Positions 9,509 to 19,202 of a stretch of DNA of 56,663 nucleotides are shown one piece after another (position 1 is the first letter of the stretch; each line of letters opens with the position of its first letter). Source of the DNA: a virus (taxonomy: Duplodnaviria; Caudoviricetes); the IMG/VR virus record IMGVR_UViG_3300032284_000958, positions 1-56,663 of that record. One strand, given 5' to 3'. Both the position numbers and the translations under genes were made by a program. The notes below the pieces were generated by a model, which was not told the DNA's origin, made no database searches, and worked only from the letters and a program-made list of their open reading frames with translations.

Positions 9509-9936
9509 TAGTAGAAGACATACTTGGCGAGGCTTGTTGGACTGGTTATAAACAAGTCGGTTATAAAAAGAAAGGCAATCGCAGAGTTCCTAATTGTGTT
9601 CCAGTTAGTGAAGACCTTGACTATTGTGCCAAGTGTGGAAGTTTGATTATACCAGAAGGGTATAGTGGTGGATTGCGTAAGTGGTTCAAAGAAAAATGGG
9701 TTAACATTGGTAAAAAAGTAGGCGGCAAACACCCACCGTGTGGAACAAGTGGCAGTAAAAGTGGTTATGCAAAGTGTGTTCCAGCTAAGAAAGCACGTAG
9801 CATGAGTGCTGATGAGAAGCGTAGTGCTACCACACGTAAACGTCGTGCACAGGGTGCAGCAGGTCGAGGTGGTAAAGATACTGGTGGCAGTGGTAAGACA
9901 CCAATTTATGTAAGCACAAGCAAGAAAAAAGGCTGA
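9505..9936 (+). CDS. Basic Cys-containing hypothetical protein
   Basis: GTGA overlap with the upstream stop; EACWTGYKQVG...VPNCVP, CAKC, GLRKWFKEKWV. Confidence 0.7.
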   Translation: MIVEDILGEACWTGYKQVGYKKKGNRRVPNCVPVSEDLDYCAKCGSLIIPEGYSGGLRKWFKEKWVNIGKKVGGKHPPCGTSGSKSGYAKCVPAKKARSMSADEKRSATTRKRRAQGAAGRGGKDTGGSGKTPIYVSTSKKKG

Positions 9937-9940
9937 TAAA

Positions 9941-10378
9941 ATGAATTTAATGAGAAAATGGATTGATATCCTTAATGAAAATATGCTAAGTGTAGAGCAA
10001 CTTGCCACTATCAGCGACGAAGCATTAGACGCAGCATATCATTACGGTCGTAGTTCTCCTGGAAATACATTTGGTTGGCAAGCTAATCTTAAATCGGCAG
10101 AATTTGCCAAGAGAGTAATTGATTCTGGTGAAACAGATATTGAAGCAATTAGTGATGCTATTCATAAAGGTTGGAATGAAACTGCAAAGGCGTTTGTTTC
10201 CAATCCAGACCAATTCGACGACACTGCAAAACTGCGTGATAGTGGAAAATTAGACGCAAAGTTACAACAGCGTGAAAAACTTATGAACATAAACTATGCA
10301 CAATTGCCAGAAGATGAAAAAGAAAAAGACCGTGTAGTTGCACGTGCACTTCTCAAGGCAATTAAGAATATAGGTTAA
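9941..10378 (+). CDS. RyR-domain-like protein
   Basis: AISDAIHKGW...YAQLPEDEKEKDR matches the RyR repeat pattern H..W...Y..L.E.EK..DR. Confidence 0.55.
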   Translation: MNLMRKWIDILNENMLSVEQLATISDEALDAAYHYGRSSPGNTFGWQANLKSAEFAKRVIDSGETDIEAISDAIHKGWNETAKAFVSNPDQFDDTAKLRDSGKLDAKLQQREKLMNINYAQLPEDEKEKDRVVARALLKAIKNIG

Positions 10379-10410
10379 AAACTAATAAATATTATAACAG
10401 GATTTTAACT

Positions 10411-11148
10411 ATGTCAGATATGCGTTCACTTATTGAAAAACTTACTGCAATTCAGGAAGACCGTCCAAGCGTTGGCGATGGATTCTTATTAGAGTTTGGT
10501 GATAAAATTGAAGTTGAAACGGAGATACTAGAGTTTGCAGACGATGCTATTGTCCTATTAGCAGATGATAAACTCATGCATATCTTAGAAAGCCTATCTG
10601 AGATGGATGACAAGTACGGTTCTCGTCCAGGATATGGACTAATGAGAGCACGTGATTTAGGTGGTCCAGATAATATGGAGCATATTCGTGATGGATATTA
10701 TGTTGTATTTGAAGACCACAGTGATGATGATGTAAGAAAAACATCATTCGTTTTATTCAAAAAAGTAAAAGAAACAAAAGATCAGTTTACGCCAGCATTT
10801 GAGTTTGTAAAAGATTTACCACTTAGTCCATATCGTGTATCACAGCAACAAATTATTCAAGCAGCAGAAGAAGCTATTCAGCACGACATGAGTGAAAGTG
10901 TTAATGAAGCAGAATATCATGGGCGACAGGTGCCGCTTGGCAAACCAATGGCAGGGGATGTTAAAAAGAAAAAAGTGTACGTTAAAGACCCAAAAACTGG
11001 TAATATTAAGAAAATAAATTTCGGTCAAAAAGGCGTTAAAATTAAAAAAAATAACCCTGCACGACGCAAATCATTTAGAGCAAGACACAACTGTAAGACT
11101 GCAAAAGATAGAACAACAGCAAGATATTGGTCTTGTAGGGCTTGGTAA
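10411..11148 (+). CDS. Hypothetical protein, acidic N-terminal half and basic C-terminal module
   Basis: TAAATA at 10386; C-terminal module VNE-AEYHGR...RRKSFRARHNC...ARYWSCRAW. Confidence 0.7.
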   Translation: MSDMRSLIEKLTAIQEDRPSVGDGFLLEFGDKIEVETEILEFADDAIVLLADDKLMHILESLSEMDDKYGSRPGYGLMRARDLGGPDNMEHIRDGYYVVFEDHSDDDVRKTSFVLFKKVKETKDQFTPAFEFVKDLPLSPYRVSQQQIIQAAEEAIQHDMSESVNEAEYHGRQVPLGKPMAGDVKKKKVYVKDPKTGNIKKINFGQKGVKIKKNNPARRKSFRARHNCKTAKDRTTARYWSCRAW

Positions 11149-11697
11149 ATGTTATTAAATGAATTGTTCTCACAGTTAGATGAAGTTGGTGGCGTAGGTG
11201 TCGTTGCTGGCAATAAAAAGATGGCACGTGACCCACGCTATTCCATGAGTCAAACTGTTGATATTGGACCTGGCGAGACACAAAAACAAGCTGCAAAGTT
11301 TGGTAATAAGACTGACAAGTTAGGTGTTCCACCAAGACTTCGTGCTGATGGTAAAGTTACTGAAGCAGCAATGAGTGTTGGCATACAAGGTCGTCATCCT
11401 GTCAGTGCGGGTGCACGTGGACTAATGGCTGCACGTTGGAAATACGATAAGGTTATTGATGGTTCAAATGCTAAGAATCTTGATAATGCAACTGCAAGAT
11501 TGGCACATCGTTTAGGTGATATTGACCATGAAACGGATTATGACAGTATTGATAATACTATGCAAGAAATTTGCATGGCATTTCATATCAATCCAAAAGA
11601 ATTGCATGACGCATTTATTGCACGTTATAATTTGACACCAGACAAATATTCCGTTAAAATGAAGCATGTCCTCAAAAATCGCCCAAAATCAGTCTAA
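11149..11697 (+). CDS. Hypothetical protein, probable internal head protein
   Basis: Leader MLLNELFSQLDE; abuts the previous stop. Confidence 0.7.
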   Translation: MLLNELFSQLDEVGGVGVVAGNKKMARDPRYSMSQTVDIGPGETQKQAAKFGNKTDKLGVPPRLRADGKVTEAAMSVGIQGRHPVSAGARGLMAARWKYDKVIDGSNAKNLDNATARLAHRLGDIDHETDYDSIDNTMQEICMAFHINPKELHDAFIARYNLTPDKYSVKMKHVLKNRPKSV

Positions 11698-12151
11698 TTA
11701 TAGTTCATCACATACTGTCACTTTGCCAACAAACTCACCATCTACCATAACGATTAATCCTGTTGGTTCATCTGGTAATTACCTGTTCAATACGGGAAGC
11801 ACTGTAGGATGGCAAGCTGCACCAACATCTACACAATTTCACAGTCAATTAACAATAAAACCGCCTGATGGGAAAGATGCTGTAATTAGCACCAATAAGA
11901 GCGAATTAAATATTGACCAAGCTGCACGATTTATGCAAGCTATGACACAGAGATATTGTGTTATACCAGAAGATACGCACCTCCTCGAACAGCATCCCAC
12001 ACTACGTGACGCATATGATGAATATAAACGTATACTAATATCGTTAGGCAGCGACGATGCATTTTTGGTAGAAACTACAGATGAACTGCGTAATGCATAC
12101 AAACAATACGAGACACTAAGAGTAATACTAACAACAAAGGAAAACACATAA
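11666..12151 (+). CDS. Hypothetical protein
   Basis: 161-aa ORF coupled by TAATG to the next gene. Confidence 0.6.
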   Translation: MSSKIAQNQSNYSSSHTVTLPTNSPSTITINPVGSSGNYLFNTGSTVGWQAAPTSTQFHSQLTIKPPDGKDAVISTNKSELNIDQAARFMQAMTQRYCVIPEDTHLLEQHPTLRDAYDEYKRILISLGSDDAFLVETTDELRNAYKQYETLRVILTTKENT

Positions 12152-12423
12152 TGGCTACAAGAAACTTTAATCCAGAAGAACGCAATAAGTTAAAGCAGTT
12201 AATGACTGAAAGTATCTCTGTAATGACAGAGGTTGAAGTCCTGACTGGTGGTCTAAATGATACAATCTCTGCTATTGCAGAAGAAATGCAGATTAAGCCA
12301 AGTGTTCTTAAAAAGGCTATCAAGATGGCCCAGAAAAATGATTTTGACAAGGCTCGTGAAGACCTTGACATCATCGAAAGCATTCTGCAATCTACGGATA
12401 AATTGCACGACGGCGACGAATAA
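12151..12423 (+). CDS. Small dsDNA-binding protein (T4 DsbA/GapR-like)
   Basis: 90-aa helical protein (IAEEMQIKPSVLKKAIK) with an AAGGA RBS, upstream of the polymerase. Confidence 0.55.
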   Translation: MATRNFNPEERNKLKQLMTESISVMTEVEVLTGGLNDTISAIAEEMQIKPSVLKKAIKMAQKNDFDKAREDLDIIESILQSTDKLHDGDE

Positions 12424-12431
12424 ATTATAAT
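12403..12431 (+). promoter_or_regulatory. Sigma70-like promoter of the DNA polymerase gene
   Basis: TTGCAC-N17-TATAAT, then an AGGAG RBS. Confidence 0.6.
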
Positions 12432-12451
12432 ATCAACAAACAGGAGTATTA

Positions 12452-15127
12452 ATGTACGTCGATGCAATTATTGATAGACAAAGCGAACGCATTCATGTGG
12501 TTGAACGCATAAATGGCAAGCGTGTTTATAACGATTATCCAGTAAACTATATTTTTTACTATGCGGATGAGCGTGGAAATCATCGTAGTATTTTTAATAC
12601 TCCTGTTCGTCGTGTGAGTTGTCGTTCTAATCGTGAGTTTAAAAAAGAACTCGGCTTAGCACAAGGCAAAGAAATATTTGAGAGTGACATCAATCCTATA
12701 TTTCGATGCCTAGCTGACAATTATCTAGGCAAGGATGCACCAGACCTTCAAACAGTGTTCTTCGACATTGAGACGGACTTTGATAGTGTCCGTGGATACA
12801 GTAAACCAGAAGACCCATTTACTAAAATTACAGCAATTACCCTGTATCTTGATTGGCTAGATCAGCTTATTACGCTGACATTACCACCTGCAGCTATGTC
12901 GATTGAGGAAGCAAACAAGATTGCAGGTGAGTTTGATAACACGTTCATTTTTGAGCGTGAAGAAGATTTATTACTGACATTTATTGAGCTAATTGAAGAT
13001 GCAGACGTTCTAAGCGGATGGAACAGTGAAGGTTTCGATATTCCATACACTGTAAATCGCATTGCTCGTGTATTAAGCAAGGATGACACACGTCGCCTAT
13101 GCTTGTGGAATCAATTTCCCAGAGAACGTGAATATAACAAGTATGGCAAGGCAAGCCAAACGTTTGATTTGGTCGGACGTGTTCATCTCGATTACATGGC
13201 ACTATATCGTAAGTACACATACGAAGAACGTCACAGTTACAGTCTTGATGCTATTGGCGAGTACGAACTAAATGAACGTAAGACCGAATATGAAGGCACA
13301 CTTGATCAGTTATATAATCAAGATTATAAGAAGTTTATTGAATACTCACGCCAAGACGTTGCACTTCTTAATAAGTTAGATAAAAAACTTCGTTTTTTGG
13401 CATTAGCAAATGAACTTGCACATTCCAATACTGTTCTATTGCAAACTACTATGGGAGCAGTTGCAGTTACTGAACAGGCTATTATCAATGAAGCACACGA
13501 GCGTGGTCTTGTTGTACCGAATCGTAAAAAGCAGATTGAGAGTGAAGAGGATGTAAATGAAAAGAAAGCGGCAGGTGCATATGTAGCCTATCCGAAGGTT
13601 GGATTGCATCGTGATATTGGTGCAATCGATATTAACTCACTGTATCCAAGTGTTATTCGTGCGTTGAACATGGCACCAGAAACTATTATTGGTCAGCTAC
13701 GTCCCACAATGACCGATGCCTTAATCAAACAGCGTATGGCAGAAAATAGCAATAAGTTTGCATTGGCATGGGAAGGTTTATTTGGTAGTGTTGAATACAA
13801 TGCTGTAATGGAGCGAGACCCCACAGTTGAAATTACTATTGATTGGGAAAATGGAACTAGTGAGGTTCGCACCGCAGAAGAAATATACGACCTTATTCAT
13901 GGTGGTAGTCAACCTTGGTGCATGAGTGCAAACGGAACTATTTTTAGTCTTGAACGTCAGGGAGTAGTTCCAGGTCTTCTAGAACGTTGGTTCCGTGAAC
14001 GTAAAGAACTACAGGCTAAAATGAAACAGGCAAACTCACCTGATCAGATTGTTTTCTGGGATAAGCGACAGTTAGTCAAAAAGATTAATCTTAATTCACT
14101 ATATGGTGCTATTCTTAACGAAGGTTGCCGTTTCTTTGACCATCGTATCGGTCAATCAACTACGCTAACTGGTCGTGCTATTGCCAAGCATATGGATGCC
14201 ACTGTTAATCAAATTATTACAGGCAAATATGACCATGTTGGCGATAGTATCATTTATGGTGATACAGATTCTGTGTATTTTAGCGCATGGCCAGCTATTA
14301 AAGATGACGTTGAAAGTGGTCGTATGGAGTGGAACAAAGATATTTGTATTCAATTGTATGATGATATTGGCGAACAGGTGAATACAACATTTCCTGATTT
14401 CATGTATCGTGCCTTCCATACAACGCCAGAACTTGGTGCTATCATCCGTGGTGGTCGTGAATTGATTGCATCTCGTGGGTTGTTTATTAAGAAAAAACGT
14501 TATGCCGTGTTGATTTATGACCACGAAAAGAAACGTCTTGATGTAGATGGCAAGTCTGGTAAGGTAAAGGCAATGGGTCTTGATCTCAAGCGCAGCGATA
14601 CGCCAAAGATTGTTCAGGAGTTTTTGAGTAAAATCCTTAAGATGTTGCTTGAGGGTGTGGATAAAGAGAAAATTATTGAAGATATTATAGAGTTTAAACA
14701 TGTTTTTAAAAACCGCCCTGAGTGGGAAAAGGGAACACCAAAACGTGTTAACAATTTAACTAAGTTTACTGATTTAGAAAAGAAACTTGGTAAGGCAAAT
14801 ATGCCAGGCCATGTTCGTGCTGCAATTAACTGGAATATGATGCGCCGTATGCATAGTGACAATCGTAGCATTGAAGTAGTTGATGGTATGAAAACTATTG
14901 TATGCAAACTTAGACCAAATCCGCTTGGAATGACCAGCATTGGTTATCCAACTGACGAATCTCGTTTGCCGCAGTGGTTTAAAGATTTGCCATTTGGTGC
15001 ACAGGAAATGGAAGATACCATTGTTACCCAAAAAGTTCAGAATCTTCTTGGTGTTCTAGAATGGGACATTACAAATGCAACAAACATTTCAAATACATTT
15101 AATACACTATTTGAAGTTGAAGAATGA
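12452..15127 (+). CDS. Family B DNA polymerase (T4 gp43-like)
   Basis: Exonuclease motifs FDIET, GWNSEGFDIPY, YSRQDV; polymerase motifs DINSLYPS, KINLNSLYG, YGDTDS, KKKRY. Confidence 0.97.
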   Translation: MYVDAIIDRQSERIHVVERINGKRVYNDYPVNYIFYYADERGNHRSIFNTPVRRVSCRSNREFKKELGLAQGKEIFESDINPIFRCLADNYLGKDAPDLQTVFFDIETDFDSVRGYSKPEDPFTKITAITLYLDWLDQLITLTLPPAAMSIEEANKIAGEFDNTFIFEREEDLLLTFIELIEDADVLSGWNSEGFDIPYTVNRIARVLSKDDTRRLCLWNQFPREREYNKYGKASQTFDLVGRVHLDYMALYRKYTYEERHSYSLDAIGEYELNERKTEYEGTLDQLYNQDYKKFIEYSRQDVALLNKLDKKLRFLALANELAHSNTVLLQTTMGAVAVTEQAIINEAHERGLVVPNRKKQIESEEDVNEKKAAGAYVAYPKVGLHRDIGAIDINSLYPSVIRALNMAPETIIGQLRPTMTDALIKQRMAENSNKFALAWEGLFGSVEYNAVMERDPTVEITIDWENGTSEVRTAEEIYDLIHGGSQPWCMSANGTIFSLERQGVVPGLLERWFRERKELQAKMKQANSPDQIVFWDKRQLVKKINLNSLYGAILNEGCRFFDHRIGQSTTLTGRAIAKHMDATVNQIITGKYDHVGDSIIYGDTDSVYFSAWPAIKDDVESGRMEWNKDICIQLYDDIGEQVNTTFPDFMYRAFHTTPELGAIIRGGRELIASRGLFIKKKRYAVLIYDHEKKRLDVDGKSGKVKAMGLDLKRSDTPKIVQEFLSKILKMLLEGVDKEKIIEDIIEFKHVFKNRPEWEKGTPKRVNNLTKFTDLEKKLGKANMPGHVRAAINWNMMRRMHSDNRSIEVVDGMKTIVCKLRPNPLGMTSIGYPTDESRLPQWFKDLPFGAQEMEDTIVTQKVQNLLGVLEWDITNATNISNTFNTLFEVEE

Positions 15128-15963
15128 ATATTATAGAAAAACAAAGATATTATAATATGATATTGGAGGCACGTAATAGTTACAGCAATCAAGCTGACTA
15201 TTATCGTGAAACTACAAAACTTTTTGACGACTTGTTAGATAAAATAAACGATGACTTGCAGAGCAGTAAACAGACTCTCGAAGATAGTAGTCGTATTATG
15301 TGTGAGAAATTAAATAAAAATGATTTAGGATTTCGTAAACACTTTATTGAAGTTAATAAGTTTAATGTTAACGATCTAGAAAAACTATCAGGAATTATAT
15401 CTAGGGAGTTGATGTTTGACTCTCCAACTATTGAACTTTTTCCTGGAACTGGTCAATTTTTGCCATACGCTGTTGCATCTGAACCACTTTATATCTACGA
15501 TAGATATATGGATATATGTGACATTGCAGCAAAGGCAGTGAATAATGATCTATACGTTAAAAGACGCTTACGCAAATATGATGCCTATCATACTCTTCCA
15601 AAAAATGCATTTAATTTAGTATATTGTTTTAATGAGTTTTTTTATGCAGACACCGATTATGTATACGAAACTAGCAAAAAAGCTATGGAATTACTACACG
15701 CTGGTGGGAAATATATTTTTAATTTCTTACCAAATGACCAAGAGTGGGCAATAGAGTTTAATAAATTAGGACATTTTTCTGTTATTGATTATAAAAAAGT
15801 TATAGACTTAATGGTTGCAGACGGATGGGAATTAATGAATTGCGAGCTACAACCTATAAAATCAAGTCATATTATGATGCGTAAGCCAGGAAAGTTTATA
15901 CCAAAATATAAAATATCAGGCGGTGTTGCAGAAATTATTGACATTGATCCATCAATCTTATAA
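15124..15963 (+). CDS. Class I SAM-methyltransferase-fold protein (degenerate)
   Basis: IELFPGTGQF resembles motif I; FNLVYCFN; LHAGGKYIF. Confidence 0.5.
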   Translation: MNIIEKQRYYNMILEARNSYSNQADYYRETTKLFDDLLDKINDDLQSSKQTLEDSSRIMCEKLNKNDLGFRKHFIEVNKFNVNDLEKLSGIISRELMFDSPTIELFPGTGQFLPYAVASEPLYIYDRYMDICDIAAKAVNNDLYVKRRLRKYDAYHTLPKNAFNLVYCFNEFFYADTDYVYETSKKAMELLHAGGKYIFNFLPNDQEWAIEFNKLGHFSVIDYKKVIDLMVADGWELMNCELQPIKSSHIMMRKPGKFIPKYKISGGVAEIIDIDPSIL

Positions 15964-15966
15964 TAT
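15938..15966 (+). promoter_or_regulatory. Sigma70-like promoter
   Basis: TTGACA-N17-TAATAT upstream of the clamp gene. Confidence 0.55.
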
Positions 15967-15984
15967 TATTAAAAAGGTGTAAAC

Positions 15985-16713
15985 ATGAAAGATTTTCTAT
16001 CAGATATCGTATCTCATACTCAACCAGTTGGTATTGACCTAATCAAGGTCATTGGTGATGACAAAGAAACCACTATTAAAAGCAAAGATGCAAATAATAA
16101 TGTTATTTTGAGTGCCAAGTTCAATAATGTAAATCAAGCATTTATCGGAACTTTTGGTATGCCAGACCTTTCAAAATTAAATGTCATTCTCAATATTCCA
16201 GAATATGCAGAAAATGCAAAAATCAATGTAGTAACACAAAGCCGAAACGGAACTGATGTTCCAGTTGGATTACATTTTGAAAATGCCGTAGGTGATTTTA
16301 AAAATGAATATCGCTTTATGGCACAAGAAATTATCAATGAGAAATTAAAAACAGTCAAGTTTGGCGGTGCTGCTTGGAATATTACATTTGAACCAACAGT
16401 TTCAAGCATCAATCGCCTTAAGTTTATGGCTTCTGCAAATCGTGAAGTTGAAAACTTTGTTGCAAAAACAGAAAATGGCAATCTAAAGTTTTATTTTGGT
16501 GATCCATCTACTCATGCAGGTAACTTTGTGTTCCAAAGCGGAGTAAAAGGCACACTGACTAAGAACTTAAGTTGGAATGTTGGATTACTACAAAGTATCC
16601 TTAACCTACAGGGAGATAAAACTATTGATTTCAGTGATGCTGGCGTTGCACGTATTACTGTTAACAGTGGATTAATTACATACGAATACCTATTACCAGC
16701 AAAGGTTTCATAA
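15985..16713 (+). CDS. Sliding clamp (gp45-like processivity factor)
   Basis: 242 aa with a two-domain clamp-like pattern (FGMPDLSKL; C-terminal YEYLLPA), next to the polymerase. Confidence 0.65.
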   Translation: MKDFLSDIVSHTQPVGIDLIKVIGDDKETTIKSKDANNNVILSAKFNNVNQAFIGTFGMPDLSKLNVILNIPEYAENAKINVVTQSRNGTDVPVGLHFENAVGDFKNEYRFMAQEIINEKLKTVKFGGAAWNITFEPTVSSINRLKFMASANREVENFVAKTENGNLKFYFGDPSTHAGNFVFQSGVKGTLTKNLSWNVGLLQSILNLQGDKTIDFSDAGVARITVNSGLITYEYLLPAKVS

Positions 16714-16714
16714 A

Positions 16715-17032
16715 ATGGAAAAGAATAAGTTTGGCGATATCCGAGAATATCTTGAGTGCGACTGTTATGACATTGAGCATCTTGTTTGTATTGATGTAAC
16801 CCAGTGGGATGAAGATTGGCCACCTGAGTTTTCTTTGCAGACACAAGCAAGACAGTGGCGACCATTTCATCGTCGTGTGTGGGCAGCATTAAAATACATT
16901 TTTGGCAGTCCACTTGTATGGGATGGCACCGCTCTTAACAAAGAAAAAGTTGATAAACTTCAATTGGTTATCAATGAGTTTTATAAAATGTATGCTGATT
17001 TTGAGGCTAAACGTCCTAATGGAAAAAAATGA
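16715..17032 (+). CDS. Hypothetical protein
   Basis: ECDC...EH motif; tight spacing to neighbours. Confidence 0.65.
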   Translation: MEKNKFGDIREYLECDCYDIEHLVCIDVTQWDEDWPPEFSLQTQARQWRPFHRRVWAALKYIFGSPLVWDGTALNKEKVDKLQLVINEFYKMYADFEAKRPNGKK

Positions 17033-17651
17033 TATAAATCTGTTTCAATATGGTGGTTGTGGTGCTGCATACCTATTCCACCAACTTTTATTGACTGATG
17101 ACTTTGATATGTGTTTCAAGTTTGGCAAATCTGCAGAGTACTCAAGAGATAAAAACTTTAGAAAAGATAGAATTAAATCATGGAAGGCGGAAGAAGTTCC
17201 ACCAGATAATCCTGCTACACTACTACTAGAAACAGATAAAAGAAGAATATTTTCAGTAGTAAACAGTCTAGATTTATGGCACAAATACCCAGGCAGAAAA
17301 ATAGTCTTGTATACTGATTTGCGAACACAGATACGAATGACACATTGGAAGAAGGCATTTTGGTTTTTTGAACGTCCAACGCATGACTGGCAAATAGAAG
17401 ATTCTTGTAGGGGATTTAGACAATTAGTCAAAGACAATCCAAATAATATATTTGGAAAATATATAGAAAATAATCTTTTTGATTATTATACTATAAAATT
17501 ACAAGATATATTAACAGTAGATGGGCTTGCAAAAGTATTTGAAGATTTAGGTACTAAAATTACCCAAAAAAATATAGATTTTATAAATTACTACCTTGAT
17601 GCACATCCACCAAAATTATTAGATAAGTGTGGTATTAAAAAAATACATTGA
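17019..17651 (+). CDS. Hypothetical AT-rich gene, weak sulfotransferase-like pattern
   Basis: ATG at 17019; N-terminal GGCGAAYLFHQLL and a late IKLQDIL segment. Confidence 0.5.
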   Translation: MEKNDINLFQYGGCGAAYLFHQLLLTDDFDMCFKFGKSAEYSRDKNFRKDRIKSWKAEEVPPDNPATLLLETDKRRIFSVVNSLDLWHKYPGRKIVLYTDLRTQIRMTHWKKAFWFFERPTHDWQIEDSCRGFRQLVKDNPNNIFGKYIENNLFDYYTIKLQDILTVDGLAKVFEDLGTKITQKNIDFINYYLDAHPPKLLDKCGIKKIH

Positions 17652-17676
17652 CAACTATTAACGACTTGTATAATAT
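17648..17676 (+). promoter_or_regulatory. Sigma70-like promoter
   Basis: TTGACA-N17-TAATAT. Confidence 0.6.
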
Positions 17677-17723
17677 ATAAACTGTGGCACTGGAAATCCA
17701 CACAACATAAAAAGAGAAAAAGA

Positions 17724-17942
17724 ATGATTAAAAATAAAACAGTCAATCGTGTGTTCAATGATTTGGACGATTATCGCAACTTCTGCCGTGATTATGGCTA
17801 TGTTTTTAAGGAAGCAGACCTTTATCATCGAAATACTACCTACTCACTATTTGAGAAGTCTCGTCGTGGTGAATATGTAAAAAATAACTGGGACGCAGAT
17901 GCTGAACTAACTGCAGCACCTGTTCACACAACCGTTCAGTAA
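17724..17942 (+). CDS. Hypothetical protein
   Basis: 72-aa ORF after the promoter. Confidence 0.7.
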   Translation: MIKNKTVNRVFNDLDDYRNFCRDYGYVFKEADLYHRNTTYSLFEKSRRGEYVKNNWDADAELTAAPVHTTVQ

Positions 17943-17945
17943 CCA

Positions 17946-18227
17946 GTGAGTTTTCCAGTGCCACATGACCAAGAACTTGATGTTAAATTTTATAATACCA
18001 CACTAGAACCAGACCATATTCTTGAGTTTAGCAAGTTTACTAAGTTTTCACCAAACCGAACAAAGCTAATGTATAAATTGAAAGATATGTTTAATCAGCA
18101 AAATCTTAGAAACGGGTCTGATTATCTTTTTTTAAATTCTTATAATAATGGCGGTAAAGTTCAGGTATGGTTCAAAGATAAAGAATATGTAAGTTTATTT
18201 GCAGTAATGTATACAAAAGATGAGTGA
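17946..18227 (+). CDS. Hypothetical protein
   Basis: GTG start; operon spacing. Confidence 0.55.
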   Translation: MSFPVPHDQELDVKFYNTTLEPDHILEFSKFTKFSPNRTKLMYKLKDMFNQQNLRNGSDYLFLNSYNNGGKVQVWFKDKEYVSLFAVMYTKDE

Positions 18228-18579
18228 ATTTTTAGACATGGAAGTAGAAAAACGTATTTGGGGTCACTTTGAAGTTATCAAAGAATACTCTAATGTAAAA
18301 GTTAAAGAACTTGTAGTAGAACCTAGTCGCACACTTAGCTTTCAACGTCACGAAAAACGTAATGAGTTTTGGGTTGTTGAGACTGGTGTGGCACAAGTTA
18401 TTACACAAAATATGGAAAATGAAGTTCAAACATTCTTTTTGAATAAGGGCGATATTTTACTAATTCCAGTAGGTTCGTGGCACCAGTGTATTAATCCTGG
18501 CAAAGAGTTATTGCGTATTGTTGAAGTTCAATACGGCGAAGCCTGTGAAGAATCAGATATTGAGAGGATGTATCAATGA
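18220..18579 (+). CDS. Mannose-6-phosphate isomerase type II-like cupin
   Basis: RIWGHF, LSFQRHEKRNEFWVV, WH...NPG, IVEVQYG...ESDIER. Confidence 0.85.
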   Translation: MSEFLDMEVEKRIWGHFEVIKEYSNVKVKELVVEPSRTLSFQRHEKRNEFWVVETGVAQVITQNMENEVQTFFLNKGDILLIPVGSWHQCINPGKELLRIVEVQYGEACEESDIERMYQ

Positions 18580-18941
18580 AGTTTATGCAGCGTTGGATTG
18601 CTAAAAAGTTAAAGTGGTATTGGGAAAATCATGACAGGCTCGTACATGGTTATGAACAAGATTCAGATATGGTTTATCCTACTACTTCGGGACCATCGCC
18701 TATGGGTAGTAGTAAACCACGATTTTCTGGTAATGTTACCCGTGCCGACTCACAACTTCGTGGCAATCCAGTTGAAATGAAAATCCATATGGCTAATGGT
18801 GGGTATGTCATTGAGTTTTATCGTTACGATGCTGCAAAAGACCATTCATCTATTGAAACATATGTTATCGACGATAACGTTGATAAACTTGGCGAGAATA
18901 TTGCACAGATTGTAGTTCAATACACAATTCAGAATCGGTAA
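18576..18941 (+). CDS. Hypothetical protein
   Basis: ATGA overlap with the upstream gene. Confidence 0.65.
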   Translation: MKFMQRWIAKKLKWYWENHDRLVHGYEQDSDMVYPTTSGPSPMGSSKPRFSGNVTRADSQLRGNPVEMKIHMANGGYVIEFYRYDAAKDHSSIETYVIDDNVDKLGENIAQIVVQYTIQNR

Positions 18942-18950
18942 ATATCTATA

Positions 18951-19202
18951 ATGGGTGATGATTTCAGGTACAATTGGAGCGTAATTCCAAACGATAGCCA
19001 AGGATGGCAGAGGCTTAGAGAACGTGGGCAAATGAACAACTGGATTATGGATGCCGTTGTTCATAAACACGATGAGGTATTTTTTCGTGTGCCATGGAGT
19101 AAACAGCTTAGCCTACAAAATACTAATCCAACCTTGGCAGAGGCATGGAATCATTACCTAACACTACTAGCAGTATTGGAAAACAGTGAAGATGATCACT
19201 AA
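18951..19202 (+). CDS. Hypothetical protein
   Basis: The C-terminal NPTLAEAWNHY resembles HPTLRDAYDEY of 11666..12151. Confidence 0.6.
   Translation: MGDDFRYNWSVIPNDSQGWQRLRERGQMNNWIMDAVVHKHDEVFFRVPWSKQLSLQNTNPTLAEAWNHYLTLLAVLENSEDDH

Noticed and set aside
9196-10008. 270-aa minus-strand ORF, and similarly 23606..24439, 25748..26578 and 7922..8398
   Set aside because: These are antisense to well-supported genes and have no motifs or RBS; they are codon-bias shadows.
12452-15127. Possible intein or intron in the DNA polymerase (thyA also checked)
   Set aside because: Both genes have normal length and contiguous motifs, with no splicing or homing-endonuclease signatures.
17652-17723. Intergenic gap as a tRNA or ncRNA
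   Set aside because: It is explained by a promoter and leader. No cloverleaf or T-loop motif was seen here or in other gaps, checked by eye only.
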